Notes: a model not told the origin generated them from the letters alone. Positions 51,703-62,430 are shown, counted from the stretch's first letter. The stretch: 64,000 nucleotides of DNA from Alphaproteobacteria bacterium (GCA_965214705.1 OZ243972.1:736001-800000); one strand, 5' to 3'. Translations and numbers: made by a program.

Positions 51703-52764
51703 GTGGAACGAATACTGGTGACCGGCGGGGCGGGCTTCATCGGCTCCTGTGCGGTGCGGCGGTTGGTGGAAGCCGGCAAGGAGGTCGTGACCCTGGACCT
51801 GCTGACCTATGCGGGTCACGCCGAGACCATCGGTGCGCCGCTGGATGCGCCGAACCACCGCTTGGAACACGCCGATATCCGCGACCGCCGCGCGGTACGT
51901 CGGGTCTTTGCCGTAGCGCGGCCGCATGCGGTGATCCATCTCGCCGCCGAATCCCATGTCGACCGCTCGATCGACAGTCCCATGGACTTCGTCACCACCA
52001 ACGTGCAGGGGACGGTGACGCTGCTCGAGGCCGCGACCGATTACTGGAGCGGTCTGGACGGCGCGGCGCGACAACGCTTCCGCTTCCTGCACGTGTCGAC
52101 CGATGAGGTCTACGGCTCACTCGGCGCCGAGGGCGCGTTCACCGAGACGACGCCGTACCTGCCAAACTCGCCCTACGCTGCGAGCAAGGCGGCCTCCGAC
52201 CATTTCGCGAGAGCATGGCACCGGACCTTCGGCCTGCCGGTGCTGATCAGTCACTGCTCCAACAATTATGGCCCCTATCAGTTGCCGGAGAAGTTAGTCC
52301 CCGTCGTCATCCTCGCCGCCCTGGAGGGAAGACCGATCCCCGTTTACGGCGACGGCGCAAACGTTCGCGACTGGCTCTTCGTCGAAGACCACGCGCGCGC
52401 CCTGGAGCTGATCCTGGAGAATGGAACGCCCGGCGATCTCTACAACATCGGCGCGGACGCGGAGATGGCCAACTTGGACCTCGTGCGGGCGATCTGCGCT
52501 CGGATGGACGCGCTGATGCCCGGGAGCCCCCATCGTCCTCACGCCGAACTCATCGAGTTCGTTGCGGATCGCCCGGGACATGACCGCCGTTACGCCATCG
52601 ATTCCAGCCGCGTGCGCCGGGAATTGGGGTGGCAGCCCACCGTCGATCTGTACGAAGGCTTGGATCTTACCGTGCGCTGGTATGTGGAAAACCGCTGGTG
52701 GTGGCAAGGGATCCGCGACGGGGGCTTCGAAGACCGCCGGCGTCAGGGTTTGCGGTTCGGGTGA
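51703..52764 (+). CDS. rfbB: dTDP-glucose 4,6-dehydratase
   Basis: GGAGFIG, AAESHVDRSI, STDEVYG, YAASK. Confidence 0.96.
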   Translation: MERILVTGGAGFIGSCAVRRLVEAGKEVVTLDLLTYAGHAETIGAPLDAPNHRLEHADIRDRRAVRRVFAVARPHAVIHLAAESHVDRSIDSPMDFVTTNVQGTVTLLEAATDYWSGLDGAARQRFRFLHVSTDEVYGSLGAEGAFTETTPYLPNSPYAASKAASDHFARAWHRTFGLPVLISHCSNNYGPYQLPEKLVPVVILAALEGRPIPVYGDGANVRDWLFVEDHARALELILENGTPGDLYNIGADAEMANLDLVRAICARMDALMPGSPHRPHAELIEFVADRPGHDRRYAIDSSRVRRELGWQPTVDLYEGLDLTVRWYVENRWWWQGIRDGGFEDRRRQGLRFG

Positions 52765-52773
52765 CCTGAAACG

Positions 52774-53661
52774 ATGCGTTCGAGAGTGCTGCTGCTCGGG
52801 CCCTATGGTCAGCTCGGGCACGACGTTCGTCACGTGCACGCGCAATTGGGAGAGCCCTTCGACCTGGTTCCCATCCCGCGCGAGACGCTGGATCTGGCCG
52901 CAGCGGGGTCGATCGATCGTCTCCTCGGCAGCCTGCGCTTCGACGCTCTGGTCAACTGTGCGGCCTACACCCAGGTGGACCTGGCCGAGGTCGACGCCAC
53001 AGGCGCGTTCGCGGTCAATACGCACGCAGTGCAAGCGATGGCGCGAGTCTGCACCGCCAAGCGAGCACGGCTCCTTCATATCAGCTCCGATTACGTGTTC
53101 GGTGGCGACGCGGCGCGGCGGCGCCCGCTCCGGGAGGACGATCCCGCCGCGCCGGTCAACGTCTACGGTGCCTCCAAGGTGATGGGAGAGAGGCGCGCGA
53201 GCCTCGCGGCCGACGATGTCGTCATCCTGCGCACCGCTTCCCTGTTCGGAGTGGCGGGAGCGGGAGGCAAGGGCGACAACGTCGTGGAGACCATGATTCG
53301 CACCGCCCAAGAGAAGGAGACCCTCCGCGTCGTTGACGATCAGAGGATGTCCCCGACCGCGACCATTGATGTCGCCCGCGTCGCGGTGCGGATGTTGAAG
53401 GACGGTTGCGCGCCCGGGACCTATCACGTCGTCAGCGCCGGCTCGGCGACCTGGTTCGAGTTTGCTTGCGAGATCGTCCGTCGTGCGGGGTTGGCAGCGG
53501 ATGTTACGCCTTGCGCCTCCGAGGAATACTTGGTGCGAGCGCCTCGTCCGCGCTACAGCGTGCTCGACGGCGCCAAGGTCTCGGCAGCGTTCGGCGCCAT
53601 GCCGGCCTGGCAGGAGGCGTTGGAACGCTACCTGCGCACCATGCAGCGGTTGATGCGGTAG
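52774..53661 (+). CDS. rfbD: dTDP-4-dehydrorhamnose reductase
   Basis: GQLG, NCAAYTQVD, SSDYVF, YGASK. Confidence 0.95.
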   Translation: MRSRVLLLGPYGQLGHDVRHVHAQLGEPFDLVPIPRETLDLAAAGSIDRLLGSLRFDALVNCAAYTQVDLAEVDATGAFAVNTHAVQAMARVCTAKRARLLHISSDYVFGGDAARRRPLREDDPAAPVNVYGASKVMGERRASLAADDVVILRTASLFGVAGAGGKGDNVVETMIRTAQEKETLRVVDDQRMSPTATIDVARVAVRMLKDGCAPGTYHVVSAGSATWFEFACEIVRRAGLAADVTPCASEEYLVRAPRPRYSVLDGAKVSAAFGAMPAWQEALERYLRTMQRLMR

Positions 53662-54344
53662 GTGCGTAGGGCCGAGCAGTGGGATGCGCGAAACAAGAGT
53701 GAGGCGTTGGGAGGCGGAATGAAGGGCATCATCCTCGCCGGGGGCGACGGCACGCGGCTCTTCCCGATCACCAGTGTGGTCAGCAAGCAGCTCCTGCCCG
53801 TTTACGACAAGCCGATGATCTACTACCCCCTCAGCGTCCTGATGCTGGCGGGAATCCGAGACATCCTGGTGATCACGACGCCACAGCAGAGCCGAAACTT
53901 CCGAGACTTGCTGGGCGACGGCAATCAATGGGGCCTTGCGCTGCGTCATGCCGTGCAGCCGAGCCCCGACGGGCTCGCTCAAGCCTTCCTCATCGGCAAG
54001 GCCTTCATCGGGGACGATACCTGTGCCCTCGCACTCGGCGACAATATCTTTTACGGCTACGGATTGGGGAGGATGCTTCGCCGCGCGGCCTACCGGCAAA
54101 AGGGCGCTACGGTTTGAACGAAGCCGCTACGCGGAGTTAGCGGCGTAGAGTTCATTCATTTCCGAGGCGTCGCGGGTGCCGTTTGTTCTGTGCGTTCGCT
54201 TCCCGGTTGCGTCAGTGGCGCTCCGCCCGTCGGGTGGCGGATCCCCAGCAGCCTCCCGATCACCAGTGGTTAGCATCGACCCCTGCGACGGACCGTCGCC
54301 GGATCGGTCCGGCGGCGCGCCGTCGCGATCCAGGGAGATCGATA

Positions 54345-55223
54345 ATGACCGGGACCGCGTGCGACACGAACACCGTCACCCCTCTTCGCCAGCGCATGGA
54401 GGAGCAGCTCCGCATCGCCAATCTGGCCGCGAGCACGTCCAAGGCCTACATCTGCGAGATCAAGAACCTGGCCAGGTACTACGACGCCTCGCCGGACGAG
54501 CTCGACGCCGAGCAGGTGCGCCAGTGGTACCTGGGGCGGATCGACAAGGGGCTCAGTCCGGGCACGACCAACGTCTCCTTCGCCGCGCTGAACTTCCTCT
54601 ACATCGACACACTCGGCTGGCCTGACCATGTCGCCGGCCTGCGCTCCCGCAAGAAGCCCGGCAAGCTGCCGCGCTACATGTCGGAGCAGGAGGTCGAGCA
54701 CCTCATCCTTGCGACACCCGACCTCCGCCACCGTGCTGCCATTGTCACCGGCTATGGCGGCGGGCTCCGCATCTCCGAGACCTTGGCCATCAAGGTCGGC
54801 GACATCCTGTCGGAGAAGAAGCTGCTGCACATCCCCTCCGGCAAAGGCGGCACCGAGAGAATGGCACCGTTGCCGGACATCGTCATCCACTACTTGCGCG
54901 TCTACTACAGGAACATCTGGCCGCGTCCGACGAGCTGGCTCTTCTACGGCGTCTCGCTCGACAGGCCCATCGCAACGGAGACCTTGCAGGCCGCCTTCAG
55001 GAGGGCGCGCGACATTGCCGAGCTCGACCGCAGCTACACCTTCCATTGCCTGCGCCATTCGGCGGCGACCCATCTCCTCGAGCGCGGCGGCGATATCGAG
55101 GTGATCCGGGACATGCTCGGCCATCGAAGCGCGAACACGACCCGTCACTACGCCCGCGTCACCGGCAAGATGTTCGAGGGCCTCGACCACCCGATCTCAG
55201 GCTTCGCAGCGTTGCGCAACTGA
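54345..55223 (+). CDS. XerD-like tyrosine recombinase/integrase
   Basis: GLRISE, GKGG, HCLRH, LGH, ..HY catalytic residues. Confidence 0.93.
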   Translation: MTGTACDTNTVTPLRQRMEEQLRIANLAASTSKAYICEIKNLARYYDASPDELDAEQVRQWYLGRIDKGLSPGTTNVSFAALNFLYIDTLGWPDHVAGLRSRKKPGKLPRYMSEQEVEHLILATPDLRHRAAIVTGYGGGLRISETLAIKVGDILSEKKLLHIPSGKGGTERMAPLPDIVIHYLRVYYRNIWPRPTSWLFYGVSLDRPIATETLQAAFRRARDIAELDRSYTFHCLRHSAATHLLERGGDIEVIRDMLGHRSANTTRHYARVTGKMFEGLDHPISGFAALRN

Positions 55224-57028
55224 CGGCGCGTGGAGGCCGAACGCGCGGGCGTGGCGGAGATCTTCCGCCGCGCCGGCGCCGCTTTCCGTGAGCGCCACAA
55301 AGGGCGCATCGACGCCGCCCGGCTCAAGGTCATGGGCGCCATCGAGGCGTGCCGCACCGCCGTGCTCGGCGGCCACATGTACGCCTGCGAGGGCTGCGGG
55401 CGCGAGCAATCGCGGTAGGGAAGCGGGTTGCCCCGCTCCCCCCGCGCAGATCCGGACGTGCCCGCTAAGGCATCCGGCTCCTCCCTCAGGTCGAACTGAC
55501 GGCTAGTCGTTGATCCGGCCACGGGTGTCGGATTCTCAGCTTGGGCCAGTGTCGAGCTTTAAGTTTGTCGATGTCGGCCCATGTAAATCGGTCCTTTTGC
55601 GATCTGCGGCGTATAATGGCGAGCCACACCCGCTTTAGGCGGACGAGGAAGCGTTGTAAGTACCGGCTGCTGGTCGGGACGGCATAGTAGTTCAGCCATC
55701 CGTCCACCACTTTGCCCAGCCACCTGGCCGTATCCTCGATGTTGTCATGCATCCGCCTGCGTAGCACCTCTTTGATCCGCTTCAGGGTGCGGGCCATCCT
55801 CTTCGCCATCGGCCTGCGCCCCAGCATGAAGTACCCCCGTCTGGTCTTCGCGCAGTAGTGTGTGAAGCCCAGAAAATCGAAGGTCTCCGGTCTACCCTGC
55901 CCTCGGCCTTGGCGGCGCTCTATGGCGTGCCGCCCGAACTCGATGAGCCGGGTCTTGTCGGGATGCAGTTCCAGGTCGAAGCGTCCGAGCCGCTCCTTTA
56001 CGGCCTCCAGAAAGCACTCCGCGTCCTGCTCGTGCTGAAAACCCACCACAGAGTCGTCGGCGTAGCGAACGATGATCGAGTCGCCGTTGACCTCGTGGCT
56101 GCGCCACTTCTTCTGGAACCAAAGATCGAGGACGTAGTGCAGATAAACGTTCGCCAAGATCGGCGAAATCACCGAACCCTGCGGAGTTCCCCGCAGGTCG
56201 TCACGCCACTCTCCAGCTTCCATGACGCCAGCGTTCAACCACTTGATAATCAGCCTGATAACCCGCCTGTCCCCTATCCGGTGCTCTAGAAACCGGACCA
56301 GCCAGTCCCTCGAAACCGTGTCGAAAAACTTGCGGATGTCACAGTCCACTATCCAGTTGATCTTGCGCCTTTCGATCCCGACCGCCAGCGCATCGAGCGC
56401 ATTGTGCGCCCCACGCTCGGGTCGGAACCCGTAGCTAAACCCCAGAAACTCCGCCTCGTAGATCGGCGTCAGGATTATCTCCGCCACAGCCTTCTGGACG
56501 ATCTTGTCCTCTATGGCCGCGACGCCGAGCGGTCGTGTGCCGCCATCCGGCTTCGGGATGTTCACCCGCCGTGATGGCGTCGCCCGGTACGCCCCCGAGT
56601 GCACTCGGTCGTGCAGGTCGGCGAGACGGCCTTCCAGCCCTTCCTTGTACATCCGCCACGTCAGGCCATCGACACCCGCCGCAGCGTCCTTCTTCAACTC
56701 GAAGAACGCCCAGCGCAGCGCAGCGCAGCGACCGTGACGTGATGGAGGAGCGTCGTGAGACGCACCCCAGGTTCCCTTTGTACAAACTGCCGTATCCGGT
56801 CAGCCGCTTGTGACACGCTCTCCCGGTCCTGCGTCCGGCGCGTGCTTTGGCCTTCCAGATTCCCCTTGGGCTCGGCCCTTGGCTCCACCGGCTCCGCCGG
56901 GGCAGGTGCCCCATTGTTCGCCGGCTTCATCGCTGTCGGGTCGGAGGAGGCGCCCCGCGAGGCTAGCCTCCGTCCGCCGCTCAAACGGCCCGTACGGTTT
57001 TCCCGTAAGCCGCTTTCACAAAGGTGTC

Positions 57029-58514
57029 TCAACGAAGGTTCAAGGACGGAACCAGTGAGATCAGGCGAACAAGCCCGTATTCGTCGATCAGCTTGCGCTC
57101 CGGCAACTGTTTCCAGCCAGCGTTGCGCCAGCGCTTGCGACGATGCGACCAGAGCCGCCGCACGATCCAGCCGTCAAGCTGGTGGAAGAGCCCGCGGACG
57201 TGGGCCTTGCAATAGTATTGGCCCCATCCCCGAATGATCGGGAAGGCTTATCCCCTTACATCCGGCTTCTCCATATGTGGGGTGCCGGATCGCTGGGCAC
57301 TTTACGGGCAACCCATTGAGACACGGAAGGAACTGCGACCGTGTCGGATACCGCCGCCGAGGTGATCGGTACAACATGTTGGGGAACCGGAGCCAGAGGG
57401 ATAAGCCTTTGATCGGGTTGATCTCGTCAATCAGCTCCTGCGTGCTGACAGGAGCCTTGCGCCGGGTACGCTGGCGAATCTGGTCCTTGAAGTGCCGGAT
57501 GGATTTCTCACGCGGAACCGCGTAGCGCGCTCCCCCGCGAACCCCGCTCTTGATCTTGGAGGACGACAGCCGGAGAGGCCGCTCGCCCTGCTTGATCTTG
57601 TAGCCGAGGAACTCAAACCCGTGCCTGACATGGACAATGCGGGTCTTCCCGGCGTTGAGGGACACACCCAGCTTTGCCAGAATCCGCCTGGCCGTCTCCA
57701 GTGCTGCGCGGGCTTCCCCGCGTGTGCGGCACGTGATCAGCCAATCATCGGCGTATCGCGTTAGTCGATAGCCGCGACGACGCATTTCCCAATCGAACGG
57801 GGTCAGCAAGATATTGCTGAGCAGCGGTGAAACGATGCCGCCCTGCGGAGTGCCCTGTTCGGTCGGCAGCCTCTTACCGTCGGCCACCACCCCGGCCGTG
57901 AGCATCTGCCTGAGCAGACCTAATACCCGGCCATCCGAGACTCGCTGGTTGACGAGTTCGAGGAGCTTTTCGTGGTCCACGGACCCGAAAAAGTCTTTCA
58001 AATCCGCATCGAGAACCCACTCGTTGCCCTCGTCCAGTTCCCTCCATATCTTGCGTAACGCTCCATGGGCAGACCTTCCTTGCCGGTACCCGTAGTTGGC
58101 ATCGTCGAACACCGGCTCGAAGATCGGTTCCAGCCGGTTCAGCAGCGCCTGCTGGCACACCCGGTCGTAGATTGTCGGGATGCCGAGCGGGCGGAACTTC
58201 CCCGGCTGGCCCGCCTTGGGGATCAGGCATTGGAGAACCGGCTGCGGGTGATACTCACCGTCCCGCAACTCCCGGTGCAGGCGATCGAGATTTGCATCCA
58301 GCGATGCCTCGAACGCCGCTAAATCCTCTCCGTCCACGCCACCGGCACCCCGGTTGCGCTTCACCTTTTCCCAGGCCACCTCAAGGTTCTTCCGCTTGTA
58401 CACCTTGTCCACCAGTGAGTGGACCTTCCTGTCACCCGCCGGGTTGATCCAGTCGATGAGTCTCCTCGGGCCATGATGTCCGGGTCTTTCGCTCAAGGAA
58501 CTTGTCCGCGTCAT
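57029..58514 (-). pseudogene. inner intron RT/maturase disrupted by a MITE
   Basis: KVHSLVDKVY, GTPQGG, YADD; ..INPI|IRGWGQYY.. resumes after the insert. Confidence 0.9.
57243..57409. mobile_element. 167-bp MITE (IS1595 ISSod11-like ends)
   Basis: 12-bp IR AAGGCTTATCCC; 8-bp duplication TGATCGGG at 57235-57242 and 57410-57417. Confidence 0.88.
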
Positions 58515-61416
58515 GGTCCTTACTCACTCATCGCTGTCTCTCGCCGACCACCTCTGCCAACCGCCTTCCCCGGCCCACACGGCCGCCGCTCGCGCGGTCA
58601 CCCGGCTTTCGCCGGGCTTCAGGTACTATTCGGTTGTCCGATTGCTCGCCGCGCATCCTTTCCCATTTCGCCTTTCGGCTTATAGGGTCCGTTATCCCGG
58701 TGCCACCCGGGAACGCGGCGAGCCCTCCTGGGGTCACGTCCAGATCTTCCGTACCGTGCCGCTCGCAAACACCTTGGTGCGACGGGTGGGTAAGAACGCC
58801 TTCGCCGCCATAGTGCCGGCTCGACCTTGCCCCGTCTTTGGCCGACCGATTCATCATGGGGTGGCCCCCTCGATTACGGCCCGGTACTTCTCCGCAAGCC
58901 CTTCAGATTCCACCTCGCGGTGGACACCCTGCCTTCCGGTTGTCTTTCGACAGTGGACCAACTTAGCTCCTCCCTTGGCTGTCTCCGCCGTTTCCGGCTT
59001 CGTGCCCGTTTAGAGTTTCGCTTATCGGCTCACTCCGGCCAGTGAGGAATTACCCCCACTTTTGGATATGGCGCCCCTTACCCGAGCGCCAGTGGGACTT
59101 GAACCCACCTGATCTGGGCGCTGCCCAGCACACACTATGGCCGAGTCTGATTTCTCCATGTCGTTCATCTTCGGTTACGGACTCCTCCTTTCCTCAGCGT
59201 TCCCGCCACGACTCAGCGGGATGACATGGAGACCTCCCAGGTCCCGGTGCAGTGCGTACGTACGTGCGTGGGTTCTCTGACACCGCGGGATTCAGACCCC
59301 CCTCGCCATATCGGTGGGCCAGATGCGACCTTCGGCCAACGAAAGAGCCTCGGCATCCCGGATGATGTTTCTTTCGGTGCTCAATAGCCCCGCCCACACG
59401 CGCCCCTGTCAACGCTTGACCCTCGCCCTCGCGAGCGACGGCCCATGACTCGGGGTGGAAGTGGTGGCTCACCTTCTCCTTCCTGTTGGACTTTCACCAA
59501 CTGCACTCGCACCAGTTCGCCTGGCGCACTCCGCTCTTCAACTCCTGCCGCAACCGCCACTGCCCCACCTGCCAGGGTCTCGCCGCCAACCTCTGGAGCG
59601 AGGAGCGCGCCGGGGACATCCTGCCGGTGCCCTACTTCCATGTGGTCTTCACCCTGCCCAAGGAGGTTGCCGCCATTGCCTTCTGCAACCGCAGGGTGGT
59701 GTTCGACATCCTCTTCCGGGCCGTCGCCGAGACCCTGCGCACCATCGCCGCCGATCCCCGCCACGGCGGCATGCGCATCGGCGGCACCGCGGTCCTCCAT
59801 ACCTGGGATCAGAAGCTCCGCTTCCACCCGCACCTGCACGTGGTCGTGCCCAACGCGGGCTTCGACGTAGACAGTGGCGAGTGGAAGACGGGGAGCACCA
59901 CCTTCCTCGCCCCCGTCAAGGTCCTCGGCAGCCTGTTCCGCCGCCTCTTCCTCGAGGAGCTCGCCCGCGCCCACGGCCGGGGGGACCTGGAGTTCCACGG
60001 CACCCTCGCCCACCTCGCCAATCCCGGCGAGTTCCACGCCACGCTTGCCGCCGCCCGGGCCAGGGACTGGGTGGTCTACGCCAAGCGGCCCTTCCGCGGG
60101 CCTGAGCAGGTCTTCCGGTACCTCTCGCACTACACGCACAGGATCGCCATCTCCGACAGCCGCATCGTCTCCTTCGACGGCGAGACGGTCTCCTTCCGCC
60201 ACCGAAAGCCCAAGGCGCCGGGGCAGAGAAAGCCGCGCTACGGCATCGCCACCGTGAGCGCCGACGAGTTCATCCGCCGCTTCCTGAGGCACGTCCTGCC
60301 GGACGGCATGCACCGCATTCGCTACTTCGGCATCCTCGCCAACGGCTGCCGCGCCAGCACGCTGGAGAGAGCACGCCAGGCTCTCGGCGCCCTCGGCTGC
60401 GCCGCCCCCGAGGGAAGCGTGGACGGCGCTCGGGCCGAGCCCGACGAAGAGCCCGAGATCGGCACCGCGCCCGTGGCCTGCCCCCACTGCGGCGGCGTCA
60501 TGCGCCTCGTCCGCGAAATCCGCCGCCGCCATGAGCCCCGCTCGACGCGCGGCCCGCCGGCGCTGCCGCCGACCCACAGGGGGAAACCGTGAGACGCCCG
60601 CTCGCTTCGGCCCCGCGCAACGGCGCCAAAGCGCCGACGCACGACCGAACCTGTCTCCGCTTGAGCCGGGCTGACAGCCCTCGGCTCACACCCCGCTCAG
60701 TCCTCGCAGCGTGCGCCCGCATGCCTGCCGAAAGACCGGCGCGAGCGTCGATTTTATGCGCAACTCTGCTGCCGGTGGATGCCGCCTGACGCTGACATCA
60801 GCGCACTTTCCACATAGCTCAACTTCGCCTCTCGTGGCCCGCGGCTTCGTTCAAAAGGGTTGGGCAGGCTCTCGAGAGAGAGCCTGCCCAACCCTTAACC
60901 TTTCGCGTACCCGGTTCGCGATCCGGAGCGTTACGGCGTCGTCGCCTTCGACGCGAGTGGCCGCGCGACCGCCATCGAGGAGAAGCCCCGGCAACCGCGC
61001 TCCCGATGGGCGGTTACGGGGCTCTATTTTTACGACAACGACGTCATCCGCATCGCCGAAGAGATCGAACCGAGCGCCCGCGGAGAATTGGAGATCACCG
61101 ACGTCAACCGGCGCTATCTCGATCGCGGCGACTTGCGAGTCGAGCAGTTGGGCCGAGGATTCACCTGGTTCGACACCGGGACGCACGACAGCCTGGTGGA
61201 GGCTTCGAGCTTCGTCCACACCATCGGGAAGCGCCAGAACCAGTGCATCGGCGTTCCGGAGGAGATCGCATACCAAAACGGCTGGATCGACCATACGGAG
61301 CTCGCCGCGCTCGGACATCGTCTGCGCCGGAGCAGCTACGGCCAACACCTGTTGCGGCTTGCCGGCGAGCTCGACGGGAGCGATGCCGCTGTCCCAGAGC
61401 CGTATTCCAACGCTCG

Positions 61417-62430
61417 ATGACGGACCGGAGCCAGACTCCGCAAGAGGCTGCCGCCCCCTGCCATGACGATCCGCCCGGCGAGGTCAGCGTCATCATGGTC
61501 TCATACAGGACCGGGCCCGTGCTCGCGCCTGCCGTCGACGCGGTGCTTGCGCCCGATCAAGAGGGCGTTGGCGAACTGATCCTCGTCGACAATGGCAACC
61601 CGCCAACGGTGACGGCGACGCTCGCCAGCCGGACGGACGCGGACCCGCGGCTGCGCATTGTCAGCGGTCATGGCAACGTGGGCTACGCGCGCGGCTGCAA
61701 CCTCGGCGCGCGAGAGGCGCGGGGACGCCACCTGCTGCTACTGAACCCGGACTGCTGCCTCAGGCCCGGCGCGGTTCCGGCGCTGCTGACGGAAGCTGCC
61801 GCGCTCGGCGACGAATGGATGCTGGGCTGGCGTGTGCGCAATCCCGACGGCACCGACCAGCGCGGGTCGCGGCGGGCGTTGCTCACCCCGCTCACCGCGC
61901 TTGTCGAGGCGTTCCGGCTCGACAGGCTCTCTCCCACGCTGTTTCAGCAACATCGGCTTAGCCAACACGAGACCGCGCTTCCCGAGGTTACGGCCCGCGT
62001 GCCTGCCATCAGCGGCGCCTGCATGATGCTGCCGGCCACCACCTATCGCGCCGCCGGCGGCCTGGACGAGGGCTACTTTCTGCACGTCGAAGATCTCGAC
62101 CTCTGCCTGCGCCTGCACCGGGCCGGGATCCCCATCTACTTCGCACCCCACGTGGAGGCGGTTCATCACGCGAGCACCAGCCGCACGCACCCGCTTCTGA
62201 TCGAGTGGTACAAGACCCGCGGCTTTCTCCGCTACTTCGGGCTGCACTACGGCAGGCTTCATTGGCTGCCCGTTCTGGTGCCGTTGGCGGCAGCGACCCT
62301 CGGCCGTTTGGGCCTCCGGGCCATGCTGACGTTTTCCGTCCTGCCGGGCAGCGCGCTGAAAGTCGTCGTCCGCCTCGCTTATTCCACCAAGCGCCCTGGA
62401 TGGAGGCTTGACGGGCCGCGGTCGTGGTAA
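61417..62430 (+). CDS. GT2 glycosyltransferase (rhamnosyltransferase-like)
   Basis: LVDN, NVGYARGCN, LLNPD, SGACM, GLDEGYFLHVEDLDLC. Confidence 0.88.
   Translation: MTDRSQTPQEAAAPCHDDPPGEVSVIMVSYRTGPVLAPAVDAVLAPDQEGVGELILVDNGNPPTVTATLASRTDADPRLRIVSGHGNVGYARGCNLGAREARGRHLLLLNPDCCLRPGAVPALLTEAAALGDEWMLGWRVRNPDGTDQRGSRRALLTPLTALVEAFRLDRLSPTLFQQHRLSQHETALPEVTARVPAISGACMMLPATTYRAAGGLDEGYFLHVEDLDLCLRLHRAGIPIYFAPHVEAVHHASTSRTHPLLIEWYKTRGFLRYFGLHYGRLHWLPVLVPLAAATLGRLGLRAMLTFSVLPGSALKVVVRLAYSTKRPGWRLDGPRSW

Larger units (their letters stand above)
56935..59133 (-). mobile_element. group II intron (inner; forms a twintron)
   Basis: 5' GTGTG at 59133; D5 AAGCGGCTTACGGGAAAACCGTACGGGCCGTTTG, 3' ..CCCGAC at 56935; removal restores ATAGT|AGCGATG. 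Confidence 0.9.
55486..59168 (-). pseudogene. outer intron RT/maturase (no endonuclease domain)
   Basis: MNDMEKSDSAIV|AMKPAN.., GVDG, GTPQG, YADD; split by the inner intron and frameshifted at (CAGCG)4, 56711-56730. Confidence 0.88.
55409..59529 (-). mobile_element. group II intron (outer; class E-like)
   Basis: 5' GTGCG at 59529; D5 GAGCCGGATGCC..CACGTCCGGATC, D6 ending ..CCGCGAT at 55409; removal restores a CAT codon. Confidence 0.93.
55230..60592 (+). pseudogene. IS91-family (Y2) transposase interrupted by an antisense group II intron
   Basis: 55230-55408 + 59530-60592 give CEGCGRE-H-PLFNSCRNRHCPTC, HPHLH (HUH), YLSHY. Confidence 0.92.
54114..60901 (+). mobile_element. tyrosine recombinase + IS91-like HUH/Y2 transposase element
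   Basis: Precisely interrupts rfbA; IR TTTGAACGAAGCCGC at 54113-54127 and 60841-60855; 19-bp-stem hairpin at 60855-60896; at most TT duplicated. Confidence 0.88.
53719..61420 (+). pseudogene. rfbA: glucose-1-phosphate thymidylyltransferase split by a nested mobile element
   Basis: 5' part 53719-54114 (GIILAGG..KGATV) and 3' part 60902-61420 (FAYPVRDPERYGVV) rejoin in frame. Confidence 0.95.

Noticed and set aside
54345-55223. Integron integrase
   Set aside because: No IntI-specific insertion evident and no attC cassette array; the gene is paired with an IS91-like transposase.
55486-58514. RT genes as retron, DGR or CRISPR-associated RT
   Set aside because: Both have group II intron D5/D6 and GUGYG boundaries; no msr-msd, TR/VR pair or cas genes seen.
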